DNA of 64,000 nt from Trueperaceae bacterium (GCA_965214405.1 OZ243956.1:1184001-1248000), one strand, 5' to 3'. Positions 51,325 to 61,691 are shown, counted from the stretch's first letter. Made by a program: numbers and translations. The notes: generated from the letters alone by a model not told the origin.

Positions 51325-52397
51325 TGACCGCACCCGTACAGGTCGGCATCCTCGGCGCGAGCGGCTACGGCGGCGCGGAACTCCTGCGCCGCCTCTTTAA
51401 GCATCCTAAAGTGGAGGTGTCGGGGGTGGGCTCGAGAAGCTACCTCACCCAACCCTTACGCGCCTGCTGGCCGCAGTTCCCCGACGCTGGCCTCACCTTT
51501 GAGGACGCGAGCGCGGTGATTGAGGGCTGCGACGTGCTCTTTACAGCCACGCCCCACGGCGCGACCGCAGGACTCGTGAAAAGAGCGCTAGACGCGGGCA
51601 AGCGGGTGGTGGATTTGTCAGCTGATTTTCGGCTCTTGCCTCAAGACTACGCGCACTGGTACGGTCACGAACACCCTCACCCTGAACTTTACGAGGAGGC
51701 GGTGTACGGTCTGGTCGAACTGCACCGGGACGAGTTAAAAGGCGCGGCGCTCATCGCCTCGCCCGGCTGCAACGCGACTACTGCGAGCTTAGCCCTGGCC
51801 CCGCTCGCCGCTCACGGCCTGCTGGGCCGAGACGTCATCGCCAACGTCGCCACGGGCGTGTCGGGTGCAGGACGGAGCCCAAATTTAGGCTTTCACTTCC
51901 CAGAGGTCAACGAGAATTACAAGCCCTACAAGGTTGCGGGCACCCACCGCCACACTGCTGAAATTGAAAACACGCTGGGGCGCACTATGAGTATGGGGCG
52001 GCACCTGAAAACCCACGCAACGTTTAGCAAGCCCGTCGTCACCTTTAACCCGCACCTCGCGCCAATGACGCGGGGCATCCTGGCGACCTGCTACACCCGG
52101 CCTGAAGAGGGGGGCGCGTCCCTGGGGGATGAGGGGTTGCTCGAGCTCTACCAAAACTTCTACAGGGGCGAACCGCTCATTACCGTGCAAGAGGACCTGC
52201 CCCAGACCAAGGCCGTGTACGGCAGCGACCGCTGCGTGATGAGCGTGAGGTTCGACCCGCGCAGCGAACATATTCTCGCGTTCGCCGCGATTGACAACTT
52301 AGGCAAGGGCGCGGCGGGGCAGGCGGTGCATAATTTCAACCTGATGATGGATTTTGAGGAGACGCTGGGTTTAGAGCTTCAGGCGGTGTGGCCGTGA
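51324..52397 (+). CDS. argC: N-acetyl-gamma-glutamyl-phosphate reductase
   Basis: GASGYGG, DLSADFRL, PGC, SGAG, DNLGKGAAGQA. Confidence 0.9.
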   Translation: MTAPVQVGILGASGYGGAELLRRLFKHPKVEVSGVGSRSYLTQPLRACWPQFPDAGLTFEDASAVIEGCDVLFTATPHGATAGLVKRALDAGKRVVDLSADFRLLPQDYAHWYGHEHPHPELYEEAVYGLVELHRDELKGAALIASPGCNATTASLALAPLAAHGLLGRDVIANVATGVSGAGRSPNLGFHFPEVNENYKPYKVAGTHRHTAEIENTLGRTMSMGRHLKTHATFSKPVVTFNPHLAPMTRGILATCYTRPEEGGASLGDEGLLELYQNFYRGEPLITVQEDLPQTKAVYGSDRCVMSVRFDPRSEHILAFAAIDNLGKGAAGQAVHNFNLMMDFEETLGLELQAVWP

Positions 52398-53545
52398 AGC
52401 TTCCCTCAGGATTTGAAGCGGCGAGCGGCACGGCGGGGATCAAGAAGTCGGGCAAGCCTGACCTGGCTCTCCTCGTCTCCCCCACCCCGCTGGCGTGGGC
52501 GCTCACGACAACCAAAAATCAACTGAGAGCCGCCTGTGTGGAACGCAACCGGGCGCTTTTTGAAGCGGGCGGAGCCGTTCACGGCGTCGTCGTCAACAGC
52601 GGCAACGCGAACTGCGCGACGGGGGAAAAGGGAGAACGGGACAACGAAAGCTTGGCGGAGAGTGCCGCTACGGGGTTCTCTCTGCCAAAAGACGCGATGC
52701 TCACAGCGAGCACGGGCATCGTCGGTCATCCTCTGCCGCTTACGAAACTCACCACCACACTCCCCAACCTGACGGACAAGCGCGGTGAAGATGTAGCGGG
52801 TTTTGCCGGAGCGATCCTTACCACCGACCTCACGACCAAAACCGCCGAGGCGAGGCTGACGGGCGGCTCGAGCGTCGTGGGCGTCGCCAAGGGCTCGGGC
52901 ATGATTCACCCGAACATGGCGACGATGCTCGCTTTTGTGATGACGGACGCTAAAGTTTCGCAAGAGAAGCTGCGCGCGCTGTGGCCCGAGGTGGTGACGC
53001 GCTCCTTTAACCAGGTGACGGTCGACGGCGACACCTCGCCCAACGATATGGCGTTCGTGTTCTCGAGCGCCCGGCTCGAAGCCGACGAGGACGAGCTTGT
53101 CAACGCGCTCGAGGAGGTTTGTCAGAGCCTCGCCAAAAGAATCGCCCGTGACGGCGAAGGCGCGACGAAACTTCTCACCGTCACCGTTACGGGCGCGCGG
53201 CATGACGAGGAGGCGCGCGCGGCGGCGCGGGCGGTTGCCAGAAGCCCGCTCGTCAAGGCGGCGGCGCACGGCAACGACCCCAACTGGGGGCGCATCCTGA
53301 TCGCCGCAGGCGCGTCGGGCGCGGTTTTCAATCCTGCCGAGGTCACGATCCGCTTGCAGGACGTGACCGTCTACCGCGGCTCGCCACAAGCGTTTGACGC
53401 CGCGGCGCTGTCAAAAAAGCTGGACGCGGAGGAGGTGAGGATGGAGCTCGAGCTCTCCCCCCAAGCCACCACTGGAACGGGCGTCGCCTGGGGCTGCGAC
53501 TTGAGCCGGGAATACGTGGCGATCAACGCGGACTATCACACGTAA
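52394..53545 (+). CDS. argJ: Ornithine acetyltransferase
   Basis: NSGNAN, KGSGMIHPNMATML, DGDTS.ND, DGEGA, DPNWGR. Confidence 0.95.
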   Translation: MKLPSGFEAASGTAGIKKSGKPDLALLVSPTPLAWALTTTKNQLRAACVERNRALFEAGGAVHGVVVNSGNANCATGEKGERDNESLAESAATGFSLPKDAMLTASTGIVGHPLPLTKLTTTLPNLTDKRGEDVAGFAGAILTTDLTTKTAEARLTGGSSVVGVAKGSGMIHPNMATMLAFVMTDAKVSQEKLRALWPEVVTRSFNQVTVDGDTSPNDMAFVFSSARLEADEDELVNALEEVCQSLAKRIARDGEGATKLLTVTVTGARHDEEARAAARAVARSPLVKAAAHGNDPNWGRILIAAGASGAVFNPAEVTIRLQDVTVYRGSPQAFDAAALSKKLDAEEVRMELELSPQATTGTGVAWGCDLSREYVAINADYHT

Positions 53546-53589
53546 AAGAAGTGCCGAGTTCTAAAGAGCGACTACTCCAGCAGGCGACG

Positions 53590-53860
53590 CGGGCAACTTG
53601 AACGTCAGCCCCAACGTCAGGATGTTGATGTCGAGCAGCATAGGGGTCACTAGACCCGACCCCAGTGGGTCTGCTATCTGCCGAACTTCCAGTTCGTCCG
53701 GTCCAGGCACAGGCTGTAGCTTTGTCCGGGATGTAAACTCAGCGCGTGCCTGAAAACTGTCGCATCAGACAAATGCAAGCCTCAAAAAAACGCTGCGCCC
53801 GTCTGTAAAACGAATCCGCTTGGGCTCCGCCCTCCACCATGCCCACCAATGTCGCCATAC
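53590..53860 (-). mobile_element. IS4-family transposase remnant (frameshifted, interrupted)
   Basis: Manual translation: AQADSFYRRAQRFF, then frameshift, LSLHPGQSYSLCLDRTNWKFG, then insert, DINILTLG. Confidence 0.8.
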
Positions 53861-53894
53861 TGACGCCCTACTACCGGAAGCTTTACAAAGTCTT

Positions 53895-53940
53895 CATATT
53901 TCTGTGGTACAGTATTTTCAGTAAGATTTGAAAGTTCTAA
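53895..53940 (+). promoter_or_regulatory. Promoter and probable GbsR-type operator
   Basis: TTTCAG-TAAGA-TTTGAAA imperfect palindrome following TACAGT, upstream of the regulator gene. Confidence 0.4.
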
Positions 53941-53967
53941 ATGTTTATTCTATACAGGAGGTACCTT

Positions 53968-54447
53968 TTGAGCAAGGTCAAGGAAAGCTACATCGAGGAA
54001 GTCGGCTTAAAGCTCGAGCAGAGCGGCATGACCCGCATGTCCGGGCGCGTGCTGGGCGCGCTTCTTGTGGCCGACCCCGCCGAGAAGTCCGCCGACGAGC
54101 TGGCCGAAACCTTGCAAGCGAGCCGGGGTTCTATCAGCACCGCGACGCGTTATCTCATCCAACTCGGCTTTATCGAGCGGGTCTCGAAACCCGGCGAGCG
54201 GCGCGACTACTTCCGCAACAAACCCGGTGCCTGGGTGGAGATGACCCGCCGGAGTATAGAGGAGGCGCGGCTCTACCGGGAACTGGCGGAACGGGGTCTG
54301 GGGCTGCTCGAGTCGGGTGACCCCGAAGTGCGGCGTGGGCTCGAGGAGATGCGCGACTTTTACTCCTTCGCCGAGCGCGAGTTCCCGAGCGTGTTTGAGC
54401 GCTGGGACGCGCTCAAAGCGTCAAAAGAGGAGCTGACTCCGGCATGA
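53968..54447 (+). CDS. GbsR/MarR-family regulator
   Basis: GMTRMSGRVLG, LQASRGSIS, PGERRDYF; AGGAGG RBS before TTG. Confidence 0.88.
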   Translation: MSKVKESYIEEVGLKLEQSGMTRMSGRVLGALLVADPAEKSADELAETLQASRGSISTATRYLIQLGFIERVSKPGERRDYFRNKPGAWVEMTRRSIEEARLYRELAERGLGLLESGDPEVRRGLEEMRDFYSFAEREFPSVFERWDALKASKEELTPA

Positions 54448-54547
54448 CGGCCCTTATAGTCGGCCTCACCGCTTTGTCGGTAGCGACTTCATACGCCAGT
54501 CCGAGAAGAAACCTCACGATTCCTATGTTTCTCCAAAGGAGCACCCC

Positions 54548-55774
54548 GTGACCACCTCCATCTCCCGTCTCGCCTGGCGCAACCTGTGGCGGCACAAGCG
54601 GCGCACGCAGCTTCTTCTGGCGGTGGTGGCCTACGCCACGGTCGCCATCATCTTCTTCTGGGGCTTTTACGACGGCTTCGTCAACGTGCTGTTGGGCGGT
54701 CAGGCGCGTTACTTGAGCGCCCCGGTGATGGTGCAGACCGTGGCTTACCGGACCGACCCCGACCCGGAGAACAGCCTGCCAACGCTGGATTTTGAAGACG
54801 CGCTCACAGGGGTCGAGGGCGTGCGGGGGTTTGCGCCAAGGCTCGAGTTCCAAGCGCTCCTGCGTTCGCCCTACCGCACCCTCGGCGCACAGGTACGCGG
54901 CATCGACCCGAGTTTAGAAGATCAAGTCAGCAACATCGGCGGCGACATCGGCGAGGGTCGCATGGTCGAGAACGAGGGCGAGCTTGTGCTGGGCAAGGTT
55001 CTCGCCGAAGATTTAGACGTGCGCGTGGGCGAACGCTTAGCGCTCGACGTGCAATCCGTGGGCGGCTCTCAGGGCGCGGGCTTACAAGTCGTGGGCATCA
55101 TCGACAGCAACATCAACCCGGTGGATGAGGGCGTGGTGCTGGTCCACTTGGCGGACGCTAGAACGCTTACGGGTGTGGACACGGCAACAGGCGTCGCGCT
55201 CGACGTGCGGCAGGGCGACGAGGAAGGGGTAGCCGAAGCCCTTGACACCGCGGCGGTTTTACCACAAGGCGTGGCGGCTTACCCCATCAGCGAACTTTTA
55301 GGCGGCCTCATGGCGGGCATCGAGGACAAACGCGCGTCGATGATTCCGATCGTCCTGATGATTGCCCTCTTCGCCGCCGTGACCGTCATGAGCACCGTGA
55401 TTGTCAGCGTGATAGAGCGCACGCGCGAGTTCGGCGTGATTACCTCGCTGGGGCTCAGTCAGGGTCAGATCGCGCGGATGGTGACGCTCGAGGCCGTCTA
55501 CACCACCTTTATCGGGTTCGCCGCGGGCGCGGTACTTGGGTTTGGCCTGAACGCGCTGATGTCCGCGACCAACCTCTTGGGACCCTTTATCAACACCTTC
55601 TACGGCGCTTACCTGTCCGGCTTGGCGCTGAGTGATGAGTTTGTGCTGGCCTCGAGCCTGACCTACTTGGCTTGGGCGGCCGTCACCATTCTTATTGCGG
55701 CAGTGCTTGCCATTGTCGTGCCCGGCAGGCGCGTGAGAAACCTCAATCCGGCAGAGGCGATGCGGGCGAACTAG
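54548..55774 (+). CDS. FtsX/LolC-E-like ABC permease
   Basis: LAWRNLWR..RR, periplasmic domain, ERTREFG, PAEAMR. Confidence 0.9.
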   Translation: MTTSISRLAWRNLWRHKRRTQLLLAVVAYATVAIIFFWGFYDGFVNVLLGGQARYLSAPVMVQTVAYRTDPDPENSLPTLDFEDALTGVEGVRGFAPRLEFQALLRSPYRTLGAQVRGIDPSLEDQVSNIGGDIGEGRMVENEGELVLGKVLAEDLDVRVGERLALDVQSVGGSQGAGLQVVGIIDSNINPVDEGVVLVHLADARTLTGVDTATGVALDVRQGDEEGVAEALDTAAVLPQGVAAYPISELLGGLMAGIEDKRASMIPIVLMIALFAAVTVMSTVIVSVIERTREFGVITSLGLSQGQIARMVTLEAVYTTFIGFAAGAVLGFGLNALMSATNLLGPFINTFYGAYLSGLALSDEFVLASSLTYLAWAAVTILIAAVLAIVVPGRRVRNLNPAEAMRAN

Positions 55775-55859
55775 AAAAGTGGCGAGTGGTGAGTGGTTAG
55801 AGCTGCCAATCGTACAACTCACCAACCACGACTCAACCAAAACAAAAAAGGAGGCGAAC

Positions 55860-56819
55860 ATGTCAAACTGGACCGAAAAGAACATACCTAACGTAGAAGG
55901 CGAAGTCACCGTCGTGACAGGCGCGAACAGCGGGATTGGGTATGAAGCCGCCAGGGCTCTCGCCGACAAGGGTGCGCGCGTTGTCATGGCCTGCCGCAAC
56001 CTGGACAAGGCGAACGAGGCGGCGAGGACGATTCGCCGTAAGAACCCGAACGCCTCTGTGGAGGTCATGAAGCTGAATCTGGGCGACCTCGAGTCGGTCC
56101 GCCACTTTGCAAAAGATTACAAGGCGCGCTTTGACCGGCTCGACCTGCTTATCAACAACGCGGGCGTGATGGTTCCCCCTTATGGCAAGACCAAGGACGG
56201 CTTTGAGATGCAGTTCGGTGTGAATCACTTGGGGCACTTTGCGCTTACGGGCAGGCTTATGGAGACACTTTTAGACACGCCAGGCTCGAGGGTCGTGACC
56301 GTCTCCTCCGGCGCGCACCGCATGGGAGAAATGAACTTTGGCGACTTGCAGTCGGAAAGAAATTACAGGGCCTGGGCTGCTTATGCTCAGAGCAAGCTGG
56401 CGAACCTGCTTTTCACCTTTGAGCTGCAAGACCGCCTGCGGGCGGCGGGCGCGGAAACAAAAGCTGTGGCCGCGCATCCCGGCTATAGCGGGACCAACTT
56501 GCAGCAGCACTCGAGGCTTTCCCAGATGGGCAACCGCTTCGTGGCCCAGTCGCCCGCGATGGGCGCGCTGCCCACCTTACGCGCCGCCACCGCTTCGGAC
56601 GTTCGCGGCGGCGACTACTACGGCCCCGATGGCTGGCTGGAGATGCGCGGAGAGCCGGAGCGGGTGGGGGCGAGCGACGCGGCCTACAAGAAGTCCACAG
56701 GCGTGAAGCTTTGGGAGGTTTCGGAAAGCTTGACGGGCGTGCATTACGACGCGCTGCAAACGAATATCTACGGGCCTTCTCAATTACAAGCTGGCTCGAG
56801 CGTAAGGAGCCAACGATGA
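55860..56819 (+). CDS. Short-chain dehydrogenase (retinol-DH/WWOX-like)
   Basis: TGANSGIG, NNAGVM, NHLGHF, YAQSK, HPG. Confidence 0.9.
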   Translation: MSNWTEKNIPNVEGEVTVVTGANSGIGYEAARALADKGARVVMACRNLDKANEAARTIRRKNPNASVEVMKLNLGDLESVRHFAKDYKARFDRLDLLINNAGVMVPPYGKTKDGFEMQFGVNHLGHFALTGRLMETLLDTPGSRVVTVSSGAHRMGEMNFGDLQSERNYRAWAAYAQSKLANLLFTFELQDRLRAAGAETKAVAAHPGYSGTNLQQHSRLSQMGNRFVAQSPAMGALPTLRAATASDVRGGDYYGPDGWLEMRGEPERVGASDAAYKKSTGVKLWEVSESLTGVHYDALQTNIYGPSQLQAGSSVRSQR

Positions 56820-57565
56820 AAAGAGTTTTGTTGACCCTCGCCCTTGCTTTGGTGGCGACTCTGACAACCTCTGTCACGGCGCAAGAGGACGCGAACGCCA
56901 TCCTCGAGGCCATCGTGAACAACCTGCGCGGCGAGTCGCAGGTGGCAACCTTGAACATGCAGGTCATCCGCCCCGACGAAGAAGACGTTTACACCATGCG
57001 CATCTATAGCGAAGGCGAGGAGCAAGGTTTAACCAGAGTGATTGCCCCACCACGCGACGCCGGGCAAGCTTTCTTAAACGACGGCGACAACGTTTTCATC
57101 TACAATCCGCGTTTGCGCCGGGTGCTGCGGCTGCCGCCGAGCGGCCAGAGCGATTCGTTCTTGGGTTCGGACATTTCCTATAACGATTTAGCAGGGGACG
57201 ACTTAGAAGAGAACTATCAGGCGAGTATCGTGGAAGAAACCGAAACGAGCGTCACCTTGGAACTTGTACCCAGCCCAAACGCCCCGACGCCTTACGGCAG
57301 GGTCGAGCTGACCGCCGAAAAGCCCTCTTACGCGCCCACCAACATCACCTACTACGACCAGCGCGGCAACGCCGTGAAAGAAAACATCTTATCCGACTAC
57401 GCCGAGGTGGACGGCCTTTACATCCCGCAGCGTTTCGAGGTGACGGATTTGTTAGAAGAGGGCCACAGAACCGTCGTCACCTGGCAAGACGCCGACTTCG
57501 GCGTGGACATTCCCGAGGCGTGCTTTACGCAGAACGCCCTAGAGCGTGAGGGGGCCTGCGAATGA
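56816..57565 (+). CDS. LolA-like periplasmic ('outer membrane lipoprotein-sorting') protein
   Basis: Signal peptide; G..FL, YNPRLRR, SFLGSDISYNDL. Confidence 0.82.
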   Translation: MKRVLLTLALALVATLTTSVTAQEDANAILEAIVNNLRGESQVATLNMQVIRPDEEDVYTMRIYSEGEEQGLTRVIAPPRDAGQAFLNDGDNVFIYNPRLRRVLRLPPSGQSDSFLGSDISYNDLAGDDLEENYQASIVEETETSVTLELVPSPNAPTPYGRVELTAEKPSYAPTNITYYDQRGNAVKENILSDYAEVDGLYIPQRFEVTDLLEEGHRTVVTWQDADFGVDIPEACFTQNALEREGACE

Positions 57566-58791
57566 TAGCCCTCGCCTGGCGCAACCTGTGGCGGCAGGGG
57601 CGGCGCAGCCTCATTTCAGTCTTGGCCGTCGCCATCGTCGTGCTGTTCGCCATTGTGATGTACAGCTTCGGCGGCGCGCTGACGAACGGCATGTACGGGG
57701 ACCTAACCGACCAGGTGGGCAACGTTCAGATTCACACCGAGGGCTACCGGGACGCGCGGAGCTTTGGGGCTGGGCTGTTAGAGAACGCCGCAGAAGTGAG
57801 AGAGACGGTGGCGCAGACCCTCCCCGACGCGGTGACGGTGGGATCGTTGCAGGTCCCCAGTCTGGTGGCGGGCGAGGACCGCTCGAGGGGTTTGGCCGTA
57901 CAGGGTCAGGATTGGCCCGAAGAGCTGCGAGCAGACTTTGTCAACGACTATCTTGCAGAAGGTAGCTTTGTCGAGGGCGACAACGTGACGGGCATCATGC
58001 TCGGACGCTCTTTGGCGACCGCCTTGGAAGTCGGTTTGGGTGACGACGTGTACGTCTACGCCCCCGGCACCGAAGGCTACGGCGCGGCGGCTTACACCGT
58101 CGAAGGGCTCCTAGACTTCGAAGACCCCAACCGCGAAATCAACTCGGCGTATCTCTCGCTCGCTGCCGCGCAAGAGTTAGCCGCGCCGGACGCGGTGAGT
58201 CGGCTCGAGCTTCACTTCCCCGGCGTCAATACCCTAGACCAAGATGCTCAAACCGCAAACGAAGTTGCCGCCCTTAAAAGCGCCCTGCCCGAGAACCTAA
58301 CAGTCGAAGGCTGGCGGGACATCGACCCTAGCCTGGCGACGCTGGTCCAGTTCTTCACGCCCGTGCTGCTCGTCATGTCGCTCATCTTTTTCGTGCTGGC
58401 GGGGCTGCTGGTGCTCAATACGGTTTATCTAAGCACCTTGGAGCGCGTGCGCGAGTTCGGCGTCATCCTGAGTCTAGGCGCTAGGGGCCGCCGGGTCTTG
58501 GGGATGGTCACGCTCGAGAGCCTGCTGCTGTGCCTCTCGGGCGCGGCCTTGGGGCTGGCTATCGGGCTGCCGCTTGTCTGGCTCGGCTCTAACGGCTTCG
58601 CTATGCCCGGCTACGCCGAAGAGATGCTGGCGGAAGTCGGTTTGCCCAACGTCTTCTACCTCTCTATTGAACCGTGGCAAGTGCTGCTCGCTGTCGGCTT
58701 CGCCGTCCTCACCGCCTTTTTTGCCGCCTTGGGTCCTGCGCGGATGGCGGCCAACATCGAACCCGCCGAGGCGATGCGCTACACCGCCTGA
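57562..58791 (+). CDS. FtsX/LolC-E-like ABC permease
   Basis: LAWRNLWR..RR, ERVREFG, PAEAMR. Confidence 0.9.
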   Translation: MIALAWRNLWRQGRRSLISVLAVAIVVLFAIVMYSFGGALTNGMYGDLTDQVGNVQIHTEGYRDARSFGAGLLENAAEVRETVAQTLPDAVTVGSLQVPSLVAGEDRSRGLAVQGQDWPEELRADFVNDYLAEGSFVEGDNVTGIMLGRSLATALEVGLGDDVYVYAPGTEGYGAAAYTVEGLLDFEDPNREINSAYLSLAAAQELAAPDAVSRLELHFPGVNTLDQDAQTANEVAALKSALPENLTVEGWRDIDPSLATLVQFFTPVLLVMSLIFFVLAGLLVLNTVYLSTLERVREFGVILSLGARGRRVLGMVTLESLLLCLSGAALGLAIGLPLVWLGSNGFAMPGYAEEMLAEVGLPNVFYLSIEPWQVLLAVGFAVLTAFFAALGPARMAANIEPAEAMRYTA

Positions 58792-58824
58792 ACCTGACAC
58801 TCGAGCCGCAGAAAGGAAAACAAC

Positions 58825-59523
58825 ATGCCCCTTTTCGAAGTCAAGAACCTCAAAAAGACTTACCAAATCGGTGATATCAAAACTCACGCGCTCAGAGGCG
58901 TAGACCTCACCATCGACAAGGGCGAGTTCACCGCCATCGCCGGACCCTCGGGCTCGGGCAAGAGTACGCTGCTACACCTCATGGGCGACCTCGACAAGCC
59001 GACCTCGGGTGAAATCTACTTGAACGGCCAACGCATCGACCAGTTGGATAAAAAGGAAGGCGCGGCGATGCGGCTCGACAAGTTGGGCTTCGTGTTCCAG
59101 GCTTACAACCTGATTCCCGTGTTGACGGCACTAGAGAACGCCGCCTTTGTTTTGGAGCTGCAAGGCGTAGGTAAAAAAGAGCGCGAGGCCAGAGCGATGG
59201 AATCTCTCAAAGCGCTCGGTATCGCCGAGTTTGCCGACCGCAAACCCAACCAGCTCTCGGGCGGTCAGCAGCAGCGCGTGGCGGTGGCGAGGGCTTTTGC
59301 CGCCGAGCCCGACATCATCTTGGCGGACGAGCCGACTGCCAACTTAGACAGCAAATCGGGGAGTGACCTCATCGAGATGATGAAACGCCTCAACGAGGAG
59401 CAGGGTGTGACGTTTGTGTTTTCGACGCACGACCCGCGGTTGTTGGAGCACGTGAAGCGCACGGTCAACTTGGAGGATGGTCAAATCGTCGGGGCGCACG
59501 AGCGCGAGGCGGTCCTTGCTTGA
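58825..59523 (+). CDS. LolD/MacB-type ABC ATPase
   Basis: GPSGSGKST, LSGGQQQR, ADEPT, STHD. Confidence 0.93.
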   Translation: MPLFEVKNLKKTYQIGDIKTHALRGVDLTIDKGEFTAIAGPSGSGKSTLLHLMGDLDKPTSGEIYLNGQRIDQLDKKEGAAMRLDKLGFVFQAYNLIPVLTALENAAFVLELQGVGKKEREARAMESLKALGIAEFADRKPNQLSGGQQQRVAVARAFAAEPDIILADEPTANLDSKSGSDLIEMMKRLNEEQGVTFVFSTHDPRLLEHVKRTVNLEDGQIVGAHEREAVLA

Positions 59524-59572
59524 GGAAAGCTAAGGGGCTGCTTTTGGCCCCCGCCTTGCTCGAGGAACCACC

Positions 59573-60517
59573 ATGAAACCTCTTCTTATCCTGTTCGCGT
59601 GTCTCGCCACCTCCCTTTCATTCGCTCAATTCGGCTACCGGGGCGAACTCATCTTGGGAGCGGACACCACCGTCATTCCCGGTCTGACCGAGAGCGTGGG
59701 CTGGACCTTGGCGGCGCATCTGGAGGCCGATTACGAACTCGAGCCCCTCACCTTTAGTCTCCAGCTCGACCCGAGCCTGCGCGTCAGCGACCCCGTCACC
59801 GCGGAACTTGGTCTTACCGAGGCTTATGTGGCTGCACCTGTGGGAGACATAGAGCTGAGCGCGGGGGTTGAGCGGCTGCCGCTCGAGTACGCGCGCCTGA
59901 CGCTGCCCTTTAACGTGGAGCGGGTGAACCGGCGCGGGGTGCGTTTGGGTGTGCCCGGCGTCCGGGCGGTCCTGTACGCCGACCCCTACCGGGTGCGCGG
60001 GGCGCTCTTTTATGAGGACGTGCTCACGCCGCTCGTGAGCGTGCGGCGGAGCTTTGGCGAGTTCGAGTTGGAGGCCACCGCGCTCTATCGGGACGGGTTC
60101 GTCGCGGGTGTGGGCGGTAGCGGCGCGGTTGGCGACCTGGTGGTCTACGGCGAGGGGTGGTTTTTGACAGATTCGGCGGACGTGCGCGGCGCGTTTGGCG
60201 TCACGGGTTTTCTGGGCAGCAGGCTCTGGACCGTAGAAGCGGCCTATGCACCCCTCATTACCGAAGCCTTTGAGCGGGGCGAAGACCTCTTGCCCGCAGC
60301 GCCGCGCCTGGCCGGGCAGATGGCTCTTTTTCAGGATGAGGACTCGAGCCTAGAACTCGACGCGCGGGTAGGTTTCCCGGACACGGGCGTCCAGGTGGTG
60401 CCGACCCTCTCCTACACCGCCCTGGGTGACCAGGAGCTTTCCGCCGTTCTCGGGGCGCGCTTCGGCGAGACCCCTACCGCCGTCAGTTTGGGCGTGAGCG
60501 TCAGGTCGTTTTTCTGA
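59573..60517 (+). CDS. Probable outer-membrane beta-barrel protein
   Basis: Signal peptide, alternating beta-strand pattern, C-terminal Phe. Confidence 0.6.
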   Translation: MKPLLILFACLATSLSFAQFGYRGELILGADTTVIPGLTESVGWTLAAHLEADYELEPLTFSLQLDPSLRVSDPVTAELGLTEAYVAAPVGDIELSAGVERLPLEYARLTLPFNVERVNRRGVRLGVPGVRAVLYADPYRVRGALFYEDVLTPLVSVRRSFGEFELEATALYRDGFVAGVGGSGAVGDLVVYGEGWFLTDSADVRGAFGVTGFLGSRLWTVEAAYAPLITEAFERGEDLLPAAPRLAGQMALFQDEDSSLELDARVGFPDTGVQVVPTLSYTALGDQELSAVLGARFGETPTAVSLGVSVRSFF

Positions 60518-60579
60518 TTTCAAGGTATGGTTGAAAGTCAGAAGGTACATTTAAGAGTACATTTATAGGAGGCTCGAGC

Positions 60580-61371
60580 GTGACCACACAAACAATCCCT
60601 TCCCCGTCCATGAGCCGCGCCCTCAAGCGCCAGCTTGCCAACATCTTCGCCCTGGGCGCCGTGCTCACCATCAACGCCCTAGCCAACATCTTGCCCATCA
60701 ACGGCGTGACGACGGGCGAGGTGTCCGACGCTTTCCCCAGTCTTTTTACCCCCGCGGGTTACGTATTTAGCATCTGGGGGCTTATCTATACGCTGCTCAC
60801 CATCTTCATCATCTACCAGGCGCTGCCCTCGCAAAAAGACAATCCCCGGCTGGAGAGACTGGGCTACGCGTTTGTCGTGAGTTGCGCCTTTAACTTCTTC
60901 TGGCTGCTCTCCTGGCACTACGGCTTTATCGGGGCGAGCGAGGTGTTGATCGTCGGGTTGTTGGTGTCGCTGATTGTTTGTTACAGGCGCTTAGGAATTG
61001 GCAAGACCGAAGTGTCATTAGCCGAGAGGCTGACCACGCGCTTGGCCTTTAGCGTTTACTTGGGCTGGCTCACCGTGGCGACGGTCGCAAATACGTCCAT
61101 CACACTGCTCGACGTCGGGGTCACGGGGGGCTGGCTCGCGCCGTTCTGGGCGCTCGTCGCCATCGCGGCGGCGGTGGGGATTGGCTACCTCATGCTCAAG
61201 AACCGTGGCGACGTGGCCTATGCGCTGGTGCTGGCCTGGGCGTTTGTCGGCATTGCGGCGAAGCAGTGGGGGGCGGAGCTGCTGGTGGTGGTGGGGGCGC
61301 TTTTAGCTGCCGGGCTGGTGCTCGCGTTTATCGTGCAGCGACTCTTTCGGCGGGGGCGCTTTGCCTTGTGA
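60580..61371 (+). CDS. TspO/MBR-like tryptophan-rich membrane protein
   Basis: TPAGYVFSIWGLIY, FSVYLGWLTVA.VAN. Confidence 0.8.
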   Translation: MTTQTIPSPSMSRALKRQLANIFALGAVLTINALANILPINGVTTGEVSDAFPSLFTPAGYVFSIWGLIYTLLTIFIIYQALPSQKDNPRLERLGYAFVVSCAFNFFWLLSWHYGFIGASEVLIVGLLVSLIVCYRRLGIGKTEVSLAERLTTRLAFSVYLGWLTVATVANTSITLLDVGVTGGWLAPFWALVAIAAAVGIGYLMLKNRGDVAYALVLAWAFVGIAAKQWGAELLVVVGALLAAGLVLAFIVQRLFRRGRFAL

Positions 61372-61389
61372 CGATAAAGCGCCCCCGCC
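61349..61389 (+). terminator. Hairpin at the end of the operon
   Basis: GGCGGGGGCGCTTT...AAAGCGCCCCCGCC. Confidence 0.55.
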
Positions 61390-61503
61390 GCCCTTAGGAA
61401 CAGCTCCTCGCCCTTTCCGGCGTCAGTCGGCAGGCCTACAGCGGATTGTATAAAGGAAGTGCGGTATAGTCTCCTCGCGCTACTTCGGTAGCGACATTAA
61501 CGA

Positions 61504-61615
61504 TCCTCTCATGGTCTGGGGAAGCCCGGCGTAACTCCGGCACTGTCCCGCAACGGTGAAAGTCCGAATACCAGCGATGAGAGCGAGCGTGCCACCTTGC
61601 GAGCGACAGGGTAGG
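61504..61615 (+). promoter_or_regulatory. Cobalamin riboswitch (short, class II-like)
   Basis: CTCTCAT/ATGAGAG closing stem; GGGAA; CCGG..CCGG stem; ACTGTCCCGCAACGGT; B12-box AGTCCGAATACC. Confidence 0.88.
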
Positions 61616-61691
61616 GCGCGAAAGAGCACGCACAAACGAGCTGCGTGCTCGCGTTCTCAAGTCTCGCAAGCTGCCGCTGTTGGAGGCGCTT

